Below, piece after piece: positions 18,342 through 30,323 of a DNA stretch of 64,000 nucleotides. This DNA is from Planctomycetota bacterium (lineage in GTDB: Bacteria > Planctomycetota > UBA8108 > SXIK01). A program made the translations under genes and the position numbers. Every line of letters starts with the position of its first letter. The first letter of the stretch is position 1. The DNA is taken from positions 7,936,001 to 8,000,000 of the forward strand of contig OZ244999.1 of the NCBI GenBank assembly GCA_965223265.1, written 5' to 3'. Below the pieces are notes generated by a model that was not told the DNA's origin, did not search any database, and saw only the letters and a program-made list of their open reading frames with translations.

Positions 18342-20957
18342 TCAATTCTCATCCTTCTCCGTGGACCCTCCCTCGTCTGGACGATCGGCAGGCTCTTCGT
18401 CGGCTGCGTTCGCTCCCGTCTCCGTTGTCGAGCTGTGCGCATCCGACGCGTTCTCAGAGCCGCCACCGTCCGTCCCTTCCCCCGTTGATTCCTCCTCTTC
18501 CTCCTCGCGTACGACCCTTTCCGCTGTTGTCAGGGTATCGCCGTCGCGGACGTTCATCAATCGGACACCCTGAGTCGCTCGACCGATGCTACGCAAGTCA
18601 CTCGCAGCCATCCGCATGAGGATGCCTTGACGCGTGATCATGACGATATCATGCTCATCGGTGACAGCCTTCAGAGCGACCACGCGACCGTTACGATCGT
18701 TGCTCTTGATGTTGATCGTACCGCCGCCATTTCGTTTCTGCAGGCGGTATTCAGTCAAGTCCGTCCGCTTGCCATAACCGTTCTCGCAGACCGTCAATAC
18801 GGTCAGCCCCTCGATCTTGGGGTCGGCAACGACCATGTCGACAACGGAATCGCTGTCTCGCAGCGAGATGCCGCCAACGCCGGCGGCAGTTCGTCCCATC
18901 GGTCGTGCGTCCGAGTGCTTGAATCGGATCGCCATGCCGTTCTTCGTGCCCAAGACAATCTCGTCTTCACCGCCGCAAATCGCAGCTCCGATCAACTCAT
19001 CTTCATCACGAATCTTGATCGCGATGATGCCGTTCTTTTTGGGGCGAGAGTACGCGGACAGAGCTGTCTTCTTAATCGTGCCCTCACGTGTCGCCATAAT
19101 AACGAACCGCTCGTCGTCAAATTCGCGCACGCACAGCTGCTGATTCACCGTTTCGCCAGGCTGCAATTCGATCAGGTTGACCAGTGATCGGCCACGCGCG
19201 GTCCGCGCCATATCCGGTAAATCGTACACCTTGAGCCAATAAACTCTGCCACGGTTCGTGAAAAACAGGATGTATGCGTGCGTCGAAGCGACGAAGAGGT
19301 CCTTGACAAAGTCACCTTCCTTGGCGGTCGAGCCGGTAATCCCTCGGCCGCCACGACCTTGACTTCTGTACACGGTCAGGGCGGTACGTTTGACGTACCC
19401 TTCCTGGGAAATGGTCACAACGACGTCTTCTTCGGTGATGAGATCCTCGATGGCGAGGTCTTCTTGCCACTCGATAATCTCCGTGCGACGCTCGTCGCCG
19501 TATGTCTTGCGAATGTCTTCGAGGTCTTCAAGGATGATTTGAAGCACTAGGTTCTCGTCGGCGAGGATCGCCCGGAAGCGCTCGATTTGCTCCTTCAGTT
19601 CCTTGAGCTCGTCTTCGAGCTTCTTCCGCTCGAGGCCAGTCAGGCGCTGCAAACGCATGTTGAGGATTTCTCGCGCTTGTATCTGCGAGAAATCAAAGCG
19701 CTGAATCAAAGCAGCTTCGGCTTCGTCGACGGTTGCCGACGATCGAATCAACTCGATGATCTCGTCGATGTGATCGAGGGCTTTAAGAAGCCCTTCGACG
19801 ATGTGTGCACGTTCCTCGGCCTTGCGGAGCTGAAAGCGAGTCCGGCGTCGAATTACTTCGATTCGATGCTTCTTGTACTCGTTCAGCATGTCCTTCAACG
19901 TCAACGTCTCGGGTCGACCGTTGACCAAGGCGATGTTGATGACGCTGTAGGTCGCCTGCAGCGAGGTGTACTTAAACAGCTGATTGACAACGACTTCTTC
20001 GTCGGCGTCTGACTTCAGTTCGATGACAAGACGGACTTTCTTGTCGCTTTCGTCTCGGACGTCGGAAATACCCTTGATGTTTCCATCCCGCAGTGCCAAC
20101 GAGATCCGTTCGATGATGTTGACCTTGTTCTCTTGGTAGGGAAGCTCAGTGAAAACAATCGAATTCTTTCGTTTCCCCTCTTCGATGTGGTACTTCGAAC
20201 GGATCTTTATGTGGCCGCGGCCGGTCTTGTAAGCCTGATGGATGCCGGAACGGCCACAGATCTGTGCACCCGTCGGAAAATCCGGCCCGGGAATGTACTG
20301 CATCAACTGTTCGACGGTGATCTCCGGGTTCTCAATCACCGCTTTGATGCCATCGCACACCTCGGTGACGTTGTGCGGCGGAATCCGCGTCGCGAGCCCG
20401 ACAGCAATCCCAGTCGATCCGTTGCAAAGCAAGTTCGGGAACCGTGCTGGCAGGATCGTCGGCTCATCGAGACGGTCATCGAACGTCCGCATCGTATCGA
20501 CCGTCTCCATGTCACAGTCCTGGAGAAGGTCGACGGTGGCGCGGGCCATTTTCGCCTCGGTATACCGCATCGCTGCCGGGGGGTCGCCGTCGACAGAACC
20601 GAAGTTGCCCTGTCCATCGACCAGCAGGTAGCGCGTGCTGAACGGCTGCGCCATACGCACCAACGTCGGATAGATCGCTGAGTCGCCGTGCGGATGGTAG
20701 TTACCCATGCACTCGCCCACGATCTTCGCGCACTTCACATACCTCGCCCGAGGCTGCAGGTTGAGGTCATCCATCGACACGAGGATCCGCCGCTGTGACG
20801 GCTTCAATCCATCCCGCACGTCGGGCAGTGCGCGGGAGATGATCACGCTCATCGCGTACGTTAGGTACGACTCTTTGAGCTCGTCCTCGATATCGTGATC
20901 GATGATTCGCTCTTGGCCGAACCCGCGATCGTCGTTGCCGTTTCCCTGATCAGCCAT
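18342..20957 (-). CDS. gyrA: DNA gyrase subunit A
   Basis: RALPDVRDGLKP, YHPHGD, AAMRYTE, the GyrA-box QGRGGRG and an acidic tail. Confidence 0.98.
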   Translation of the reverse strand: MADQGNGNDDRGFGQERIIDHDIEDELKESYLTYAMSVIISRALPDVRDGLKPSQRRILVSMDDLNLQPRARYVKCAKIVGECMGNYHPHGDSAIYPTLVRMAQPFSTRYLLVDGQGNFGSVDGDPPAAMRYTEAKMARATVDLLQDCDMETVDTMRTFDDRLDEPTILPARFPNLLCNGSTGIAVGLATRIPPHNVTEVCDGIKAVIENPEITVEQLMQYIPGPDFPTGAQICGRSGIHQAYKTGRGHIKIRSKYHIEEGKRKNSIVFTELPYQENKVNIIERISLALRDGNIKGISDVRDESDKKVRLVIELKSDADEEVVVNQLFKYTSLQATYSVINIALVNGRPETLTLKDMLNEYKKHRIEVIRRRTRFQLRKAEERAHIVEGLLKALDHIDEIIELIRSSATVDEAEAALIQRFDFSQIQAREILNMRLQRLTGLERKKLEDELKELKEQIERFRAILADENLVLQIILEDLEDIRKTYGDERRTEIIEWQEDLAIEDLITEEDVVVTISQEGYVKRTALTVYRSQGRGGRGITGSTAKEGDFVKDLFVASTHAYILFFTNRGRVYWLKVYDLPDMARTARGRSLVNLIELQPGETVNQQLCVREFDDERFVIMATREGTIKKTALSAYSRPKKNGIIAIKIRDEDELIGAAICGGEDEIVLGTKNGMAIRFKHSDARPMGRTAAGVGGISLRDSDSVVDMVVADPKIEGLTVLTVCENGYGKRTDLTEYRLQKRNGGGTINIKSNDRNGRVVALKAVTDEHDIVMITRQGILMRMAASDLRSIGRATQGVRLMNVRDGDTLTTAERVVREEEEEESTGEGTDGGGSENASDAHSSTTETGANAADEEPADRPDEGGSTEKDEN

Positions 20958-21130
20958 TTATAGAATTCTTCCATTCATTCGTTCGAGACGACTCGATGTG
21001 TCGCGAACGTTGTACCTCGAACCTTCGTTGTTCACGTTCTCCGTGCCGCGGACTGCAACGACGCACGCGACTCAAATCAATCGCGTCGCTGAGTTCCTTC
21101 GTCGCTGCCGTCGAGACACGATTCGATCTT

Positions 21131-24179
<3,049 letters not shown>

Positions 24180-24320
24180 AACTTGAATCTCTCAGAAAAT
24201 CGGCGAAGAACCCCACCACTTACTTCCACGTCGTCGACAGATCGATGTCTTCGCCGCACCGAAGACCTGAACACTGTCACCCACGCCGTCGCCCAAAAAC
24301 CCCAGCTGCGTACATTTCTT

Positions 24321-25427
24321 TCACGGCGTCAGCACTGGCATGACCATATGACGATAGTTGCCGCGACCACGAAAAGTGGCTGGCTTTTCTCCCGTCGAGA
24401 ACTCGACTCGAACCTCCTCTTCCGGTAGGCAACGAACCGCGTCAATCAGGTAATTAGGGTTGAAATGGATCTGAATCGCATCACCCTGCATTTCAACCGG
24501 CACTTCGATTTTCGAATCACCAATGTCTGCAACATTCGTCTGCAAGCGACAGACGTTGCCGTCAAAAGAAAACACGATGGATGCCGTCTCCTTGCTCGTC
24601 ATGAGACTAGCAGCTTTCACCGCGGCGAGGAGCTCACCACGTGACACCGTCACTTTCACTTTCGTGTCTTGCGCTACAATCAGGCGGTAGTCCGGAAAGT
24701 TCCCCTGGATCAACTTCGCGCTCAATCCTCCGCGCCCAAAACGCACGTGAATATCCGGCTCACGAAGTCCGATTTCGACCACCGGTTCGCCTTGCGCCAA
24801 GACCTTGAGAAGTGTGTCAACGACACGATTCGGAACAATTCCACGCACCGTGAGATCGCCCGGATTGTCGACCCGCAACCGATCGTAAGCGAGTCGCTTG
24901 CCATCCGTCGCAACCATGGTCAATTGATCGCTTTCGACCTCAAAGAAAACGCCTGTCAGCTGGTACCGCGCAGAATCATGCGAGGACGCGACCGCAACGC
25001 GACGGAGGGATTCGACAAACCCATCGCGTTCCACGCGCCAAAAGTCCTCACCCTCCGACTGTGGGAGCAAGGGAAACTCGGCTGGATCAACCCCGACGAC
25101 GCGTAGGTCATAACCGCCGGCGTGTAGACAGGCGCCAAAACCCTCGTCCTCCTTCTCCAAGCTAATCTTGCGCTCCGGCAGCTCACGGATGAGCGCTGCG
25201 AGTCGATTCGCTGGCAACGCCAGTTCGCCGCCTTCGAGTACTTCGGTGTGCTCAATGGTCACGTGCGCGCCGAGATCAAGGTCCATTGCCTCAACCTGAA
25301 GACGCTCGTCGTTGGCCCTCAGAGCGAAATTGAGCAGAATTGGCTTTGCCTTCTGACCCGGAGGGATGATTCCCAACAGCGAGTTCAGAGCTTCGGAGAG
25401 TTCGGCTCGGTCACATTGAATTTTCAT
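24321..25427 (-). CDS. dnaN: DNA polymerase III beta sliding clamp
   Basis: 368 aa; VATDGKRL, FPDY, FNPNYL and the C-terminal VMPV. Confidence 0.96.
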   Translation of the reverse strand: MKIQCDRAELSEALNSLLGIIPPGQKAKPILLNFALRANDERLQVEAMDLDLGAHVTIEHTEVLEGGELALPANRLAALIRELPERKISLEKEDEGFGACLHAGGYDLRVVGVDPAEFPLLPQSEGEDFWRVERDGFVESLRRVAVASSHDSARYQLTGVFFEVESDQLTMVATDGKRLAYDRLRVDNPGDLTVRGIVPNRVVDTLLKVLAQGEPVVEIGLREPDIHVRFGRGGLSAKLIQGNFPDYRLIVAQDTKVKVTVSRGELLAAVKAASLMTSKETASIVFSFDGNVCRLQTNVADIGDSKIEVPVEMQGDAIQIHFNPNYLIDAVRCLPEEEVRVEFSTGEKPATFRGRGNYRHMVMPVLTP

Positions 25428-25511
25428 AGGATTCTCATAACGTTCGCTGCCCGGATCGTTTCTTAGCCCCGTCCACTACCCGGTGTGCAGCGCTCGAGAC
25501 TCCACGCTCTT

Positions 25512-25886
25512 TCACTCGGCACTCTCGCTGATCGCCGCTGGCGTGATGCCGGTATCCGCAGAGTCTGTACTTTGGTTCCGCCTCAAGAGTAAGTACACGA
25601 ACTGCGCCGCCGCGAAGATCAGCACGAACGCTCCAGCAAGCGGCAACACACTCTGGCCAGTGACCGGACTGCCCCACGTCAACTCTGAAGCCAACCATGT
25701 CGTGACGTACGTCAAGAGCCACAAGAACCATACGAGGGGCGACTTCGCCGAATGAAACCAATGGCAACAAAGCAGTTGTGAACATCCCACCACCCAGAGG
25801 AGATGGAGAGGACCGTACCAGCTCTCCAGCAACTGAGCGCTGAAGAGCGCTAAGTGTGATCCGAGAAAAAGTCCGGTCACACCCAT
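25512..25886 (-). CDS. Small hypothetical membrane protein
   Basis: Three to four hydrophobic segments. The start is uncertain; the frame is open to 26033. Confidence 0.5.
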   Translation of the reverse strand: MGVTGLFLGSHLALFSAQLLESWYGPLHLLWVVGCSQLLCCHWFHSAKSPLVWFLWLLTYVTTWLASELTWGSPVTGQSVLPLAGAFVLIFAAAQFVYLLLRRNQSTDSADTGITPAAISESAE

Positions 25887-25979
25887 CCAACAAAAGATTT
25901 GGCACCGACTTAGGGAAACTGGCGTGAGCACTCCGATGCCTTTCGTAGGGGCCGCGAGAGGGGTCTGATCAGCCCCGCA

Positions 25980-26470
25980 AGAACCTAAAAAATCCAAGCC
26001 GAAATTATAGTGTTTTGGTTGTTCAAAAATCAACCAAAAAGACCTTACTTAAGATGTTATTTTGAAAAGATTTACAGAAAATTCGTTGGGCTGCAAATCG
26101 ATCGTGGAGATTGTTGTAAGTATTTTTAATATATTGAGTTATGGAGGCGCCTAAAAAGTGTGCGGATTGGTCGTGCTTTTCTTCTCTTAAGAAAGAATTC
26201 ATCTATCTGATTCGTCATCAGATTTATGAGTGCTGTCGGACACTGCTTTGGCGCCGGAAAAGATGACATAAGATTATGTGTATTATAGACTTAAGCTTAT
26301 TCAGACGATGTGGAATTCGCGTCGAGATCGACCCGCATCGGCGTCGTTTTGGTGACGGCAGTCGGAGTGCTTTCTTTGGGCGTCCCGGAGGCCGTCGAGG
26401 TGCGACGGCGTCGACGGTCCACTCGTCGCCGGTGTCGTCGAACGTCGACCGGATTTCCACATCCACCCGG
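25980..26470. other. Candidate replication origin (oriC) region
   Basis: The most AT-rich tract in the window, between dnaA and dnaN. Degenerate DnaA-box-like 9-mers at 26277-26285 (TGTGTATTA), 26309-26317 (TGTGGAATT) and 26453-26461 (ATTTCCACA). Confidence 0.65.
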
Positions 26471-26481
26471 AGCCGGCGCGG

Positions 26482-27801
26482 TCAGGTGCGCGCGGCAGCG
26501 CTGGCTCGTTTTTCAAGCGCTACCAGCAGAGCCCCGGTCTTTGCCTCCCGTGCGGCTCGTTCTTCAACGCGATGCAGCGCATAGTGAACTGTGCTGTGAT
26601 CGCGACCGCCGAACTCTCCACCGATGTCGGCGAGCGAAAGGTGAGTGAGTCGACGGGCAAGATACATAGCTACCTGGCGTGGAAAAGTCGACGCCCGCGC
26701 CTTTGAACGCGACACTAGCTGCTCGTGGTCGACGTCGAAATAGCTTTCAACCGTCTCACAAATGGCGCTGAGCATCGTCCGCTTTTCCTGGCGCACGCCG
26801 TCGAAAAGATCGTCGAGCACCGTCTTTGCTAACTCTAAAGTGACCTTGCGGCGTCGCGCTCTGGCAAGGGCCAACAACGAGTTCAGCGCACCGGTGGTTT
26901 CCGGGAAATTGCCACAGATGGTGCGCGCCATGAGGTGCGCCACTTGGCGTGGCAGATCGACCCTGCGGCGCCTGGCTTGATCGATGAGGAATCTCTCTCG
27001 CGTCGCTTCGTCGACCTCTTGAAGGTGGGTCACAAGTCCCGACTGCAGCCGAGAGCGAATGCGTCGGGGAAACCCCTCGTAGGAGCGCGGGGGTTTTAGA
27101 GTGCTTATGAGCAACCATTTGCGGTGGTCTGAAAAACACTCTAGCAGATCGAAAAGCTCACTTTGAACCCAATCAACATTCGCGATCTCATGGACGTCAT
27201 CGATCGCGAGTACATCGCAACTGTCGTAAGCGGACTGGAGGAGCGGTTTTGTCGCCTTCGAATCCAAAGCGTTGCGAATCTGGCCGGGCAAATCGGCCCC
27301 GCGCCAGTACAGCACTCGTTTCTGCTTCCCCAGATGCCAGCGGCAAAGAGCTCGCAGGAGGTGAGTTTTCCCAGTGCCGTGGCTGCCGTGAACGAGGAAG
27401 GGGCTCGACTGGCCTGCGTCTGTACAGTTGTCGAACGCGGCCAAAAAAGCGTCGTCATTGCACGGCCCGCGCACGAACGTGCTGATGGAATCCGTGGCCG
27501 AGTCACCAGGGAGGCGGGCTTGGTTCGTCCCCAGCGACGCAGGATCCAACGAATCTCCTTGGATTTCCGCGCCGTGCCGCGATCCTGCTCCACGTTGATT
27601 CGCGTAGGTCGACCAAATGCTGGGTTGACTGGCACCCCAACCGAGGATTTCGCCGTCGGTCGGAGGCTGCGCCTCCCCTGCCGGACCACCGAAGCGTTGT
27701 GAACTCACGGACCACCTGCGTCGCGAGCGACCTGGTATGACACCGATAGGCGCCGTACGAAACGGGATCAAGCTTGCGGACGCGTCCACCTCGCGATGCA
27801 A
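26482..27801 (-). CDS. dnaA: Divergent chromosomal replication initiator DnaA (start uncertain)
   Basis: GSHGTGKTHLL Walker A, IDDVH Walker B, RIRSRL, PRQVAMYL and GGRDHSTV. Confidence 0.88.
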   Translation of the reverse strand: MHREVDASASLIPFRTAPIGVIPGRSRRRWSVSSQRFGGPAGEAQPPTDGEILGWGASQPSIWSTYANQRGAGSRHGAEIQGDSLDPASLGTNQARLPGDSATDSISTFVRGPCNDDAFLAAFDNCTDAGQSSPFLVHGSHGTGKTHLLRALCRWHLGKQKRVLYWRGADLPGQIRNALDSKATKPLLQSAYDSCDVLAIDDVHEIANVDWVQSELFDLLECFSDHRKWLLISTLKPPRSYEGFPRRIRSRLQSGLVTHLQEVDEATRERFLIDQARRRRVDLPRQVAHLMARTICGNFPETTGALNSLLALARARRRKVTLELAKTVLDDLFDGVRQEKRTMLSAICETVESYFDVDHEQLVSRSKARASTFPRQVAMYLARRLTHLSLADIGGEFGGRDHSTVHYALHRVEERAAREAKTGALLVALEKRASAAART

Positions 27802-28059
27802 ACCGCAAACAAACTCAAACAGCCAAAGTGCATCGACTTGTCAGGCAGCGCCTGCAAGACCGTGCCGACTGTTTTCCCGCCATTTGATTGAGCCTTCGGG
27901 TAGAATGCGGATCGTAGCATGGGTGGGATGGATGCGTCAATACGCAACGTGTCTCCCCGTATTTCGATCCCTCCCGCCGCCCCGCCGACGATTTGGTTTC
28001 GCAGACACGACGGCTCGGTTTCTTCGTGACCGTTGTCGGCGCAAGAAAGAAAGCCAACG

Positions 28060-28524
28060 ATGCAGAATGACCCGCCGAGCCCGCGCGAAGAAACACCCGC
28101 GGGTGCTCTCTCGCCGGACGATCTTGTTCCGGTGGAGGTTTGGCGGCTCGCCGTCTCTTCCCGTGAGGGCGAAGACAGCGTCGTGATCCTCAAAGAGAGT
28201 CACGGAGAGAGTTTGCTTCCCATCGCCGTGGGCTACTGCGAAGCCATGGGGATTGACCGCGCCGTCGAGGGCCGCACCGGTCGTTTTCCGCTTCGGCCGC
28301 TCACGCATGAGCTGCTTGTGGTCCTGACAGGACGCTTGCGGGCCCGCATCGAAAGGGGCATAATCACCCGCCTCGATCAAGGAACGTTCTTTGCTGCCTT
28401 GGTCATCGGCCATGCAGGCGGCGAAGAGCACGTCGACGCGAGACCGAGCGATGTCATCGCCGCGACACTTGAAAGTGGTAGCGTTCTCTACGCCGCGCGT
28501 TCTCTGCTCGAGAGCGACGATTAA
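28060..28524 (+). CDS. Bifunctional nuclease family protein (DUF151)
   Basis: LPIAVG..EA, RPLTHEL and DARPSD motifs. Confidence 0.88.
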   Translation: MQNDPPSPREETPAGALSPDDLVPVEVWRLAVSSREGEDSVVILKESHGESLLPIAVGYCEAMGIDRAVEGRTGRFPLRPLTHELLVVLTGRLRARIERGIITRLDQGTFFAALVIGHAGGEEHVDARPSDVIAATLESGSVLYAARSLLESDD

Positions 28525-28588
28525 CAGGAACCGTGGCACACACACCCGGGGCCAAGACGTGGGACAAATTGAGCGAGACAAATGACGC

Positions 28589-28682
28589 GGAGAGGTGGCT
28601 GAGCGGTCGAAAGCGGCGGATTGCTAATCCGTTGTAGAGTGATTTAGCTCTACCCCGGGTTCGAATCCCGGCCTCTCCGCCA
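28589..28682 (+). tRNA. tRNA-Ser(GCT)
   Basis: GGAGAGG/CCTCTCC acceptor stem, GCT anticodon, long variable arm, GGTTCGAATCC and an encoded CCA. Confidence 0.96.
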
Positions 28683-28807
28683 TTTTTGTTTCGTTTTCGA
28701 AGCGTCCCGCTCGAGCATCTCTTTCGAGCACCGAGGAGTAGCTTCCCTCTGCTACTGGCGAGCGTGACTCGGCGAGGTACGCTTCTCTTGGCTACTGGCA
28801 CCAGCTG

Positions 28808-29314
28808 TCAGTCGCTCGCGCTTTCCCCAGCGCCGATGGAGGGTAGCCGTACACCGAGGATCTCGGCTTCGCAGACAACGGCGCCCGCGACGATCCCTTG
28901 CGTCAGAAACACACTGCGCGTCGGCCGCAGAACCTTTGGTTGGGCGAGAAGAAAGAGCCGATCACCTGGCCGCACAGTATCGCGAAAACGCGCTTTGTCG
29001 ATGCCACCGAAGCCGTAGAAGCCGGCACAGTCTATCGCATGGTGGGAGTAGAACGAGCACAGCTGTGCCGAGGCTTCAAGCATGAGAACCGCGGGTAATA
29101 GCGGATCTCCTGGGATGTGACCGCGTATCCAGAACTCCTCGTCGGTGACGTCGTGCAAGCCGACGATCTGCTCCCGCTCGAGGTCAAGGTGCACGATCGC
29201 GCTGAGCTGTTCGAACTCGAAACGCTGCGGATTGACCGCGCGGATTTCGGCGCGGCTAAACTGCACCTGATCGAGGTTGATGTGCTGGAGGTCGAAAAGA
29301 AGTTTGCGGGCCAT
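28808..29314 (-). CDS. FabZ/FabA-like beta-hydroxyacyl-ACP dehydratase
   Basis: NPQRFE, FWIRGHIPGDPLLP..LMLEASAQL and FRDTVRPGD. Confidence 0.88.
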   Translation of the reverse strand: MARKLLFDLQHINLDQVQFSRAEIRAVNPQRFEFEQLSAIVHLDLEREQIVGLHDVTDEEFWIRGHIPGDPLLPAVLMLEASAQLCSFYSHHAIDCAGFYGFGGIDKARFRDTVRPGDRLFLLAQPKVLRPTRSVFLTQGIVAGAVVCEAEILGVRLPSIGAGESASD

Positions 29315-29536
29315 CGCCGGATTTCTTCGCGCCTGCGAATCGTCGGATGAATGACTCGAAAGTTTAGGAAACGACTTGAATCGCTGGCAACCAAAAAGCG
29401 CATCGTCCGAAGAGCCGAACATCCGGATTCCAACGATTCCGCTTGCGAACGTTTTGACTTGTCCCGAAGATGCTTTGATACAGGCTTCGGGCGACGTCGT
29501 CATGCAGCCTTGACGTTCTGACAACTTCGGTGAACG

Positions 29537-30094
29537 ATGAAAACGACGATGGAAGATCTGCGCAGCCGATTAAAGCGAAAGCTTGGGGCGTGCATTCAAA
29601 CAGGGCGGATCACGCTCAGTTCGGGACGGGAAACAGACTTCTACTTCGACGGGCGACTCGTGGCTTTGGAGCCTGAGGGATCGACTCTCATCGCGCAACT
29701 TGTGCTTGAAGAAGCGATCGCCGCGGGAGTCGATGCGGTGGGGGGGCCGACATCTGGGTCAGACCCGATCACGTCGAGCGTCGGCGTGTTGGCGTATCAA
29801 CAGCAGGTTCCCTTGCAGCTGTTTTACGTGCGCAAAGCGTCAAAGGAGCATGGCACCCGCCGCAGCGTCGAGGGCCCTCCGCTACCGTCGGGTGCGCGCG
29901 TCGCGCTGGTCGACGATGTGCTCACCACTGGCGGGTCGCTCCTGACGGCCCGCACTGCGCTGCTCGCAGAGGCGGACGTACGCGCTGACGTCGCCATCGT
30001 TGTGGTCGATCGTGAAGAAGGCGGTCGCGAACGTCTCGCAGACAGTGGCGTCGAGGTCCGGTCGCTGTTTCGGAAGGCAGATTTTCTGCCTTGA
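29537..30094 (+). CDS. pyrE: Orotate phosphoribosyltransferase
   Basis: TLSSG...FYFD, RK..KEHG and the PRPP motif VDDVLTTGGS. Confidence 0.95.
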   Translation: MKTTMEDLRSRLKRKLGACIQTGRITLSSGRETDFYFDGRLVALEPEGSTLIAQLVLEEAIAAGVDAVGGPTSGSDPITSSVGVLAYQQQVPLQLFYVRKASKEHGTRRSVEGPPLPSGARVALVDDVLTTGGSLLTARTALLAEADVRADVAIVVVDREEGGRERLADSGVEVRSLFRKADFLP

Positions 30095-30119
30095 CGCTGT
30101 TCTCGTTGCCCCGGATAAT
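30091..30119 (+). promoter_or_regulatory. Sigma70-type promoter for tRNA-Gly
   Basis: TTGACG-17 bp-GATAAT upstream of the tRNA. Confidence 0.5.
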
Positions 30120-30160
30120 CCGACCCGCATCTCTCTCCGACGTGAGAAGAGCCTTGATCT

Positions 30161-30235
30161 GTGGGTGTAGCTCAGCGGTAGAGCACCGCGTTGCCAACGC
30201 GGATGTCGAGGGTTCAAATCCCTTCACCCACTCCA
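30161..30235 (+). tRNA. tRNA-Gly(GCC)
   Basis: GTGGGTG/CACCCAC acceptor stem, CCGCG-TTGCCAA-CGCGG anticodon arm, GGTTCAAATCC and a TCCA end. Confidence 0.95.
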
Positions 30236-30251
30236 CCGAATTCGATTCATG

Positions 30252-30285
30252 GAGCTAGGCGGCGACGCTTGGCTCTTTTTTTTTT
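30252..30285 (+). terminator. Rho-independent terminator
   Basis: GAGCTAGGCG-GCGA-CGCTTGGCTC hairpin followed by T10. Confidence 0.8.
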
Positions 30286-30323
30286 GCTCCGGACGTGCGC
30301 GTGGCGTTGCTGGTCCGCCGTGC

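Noticed and set aside
27853-27867. Sigma54-like motif CGGCACGGTCTTGCA upstream of dnaA (minus strand)
   Set aside because: The GG-to-GC spacing is 9 nt rather than the strictly required 10.
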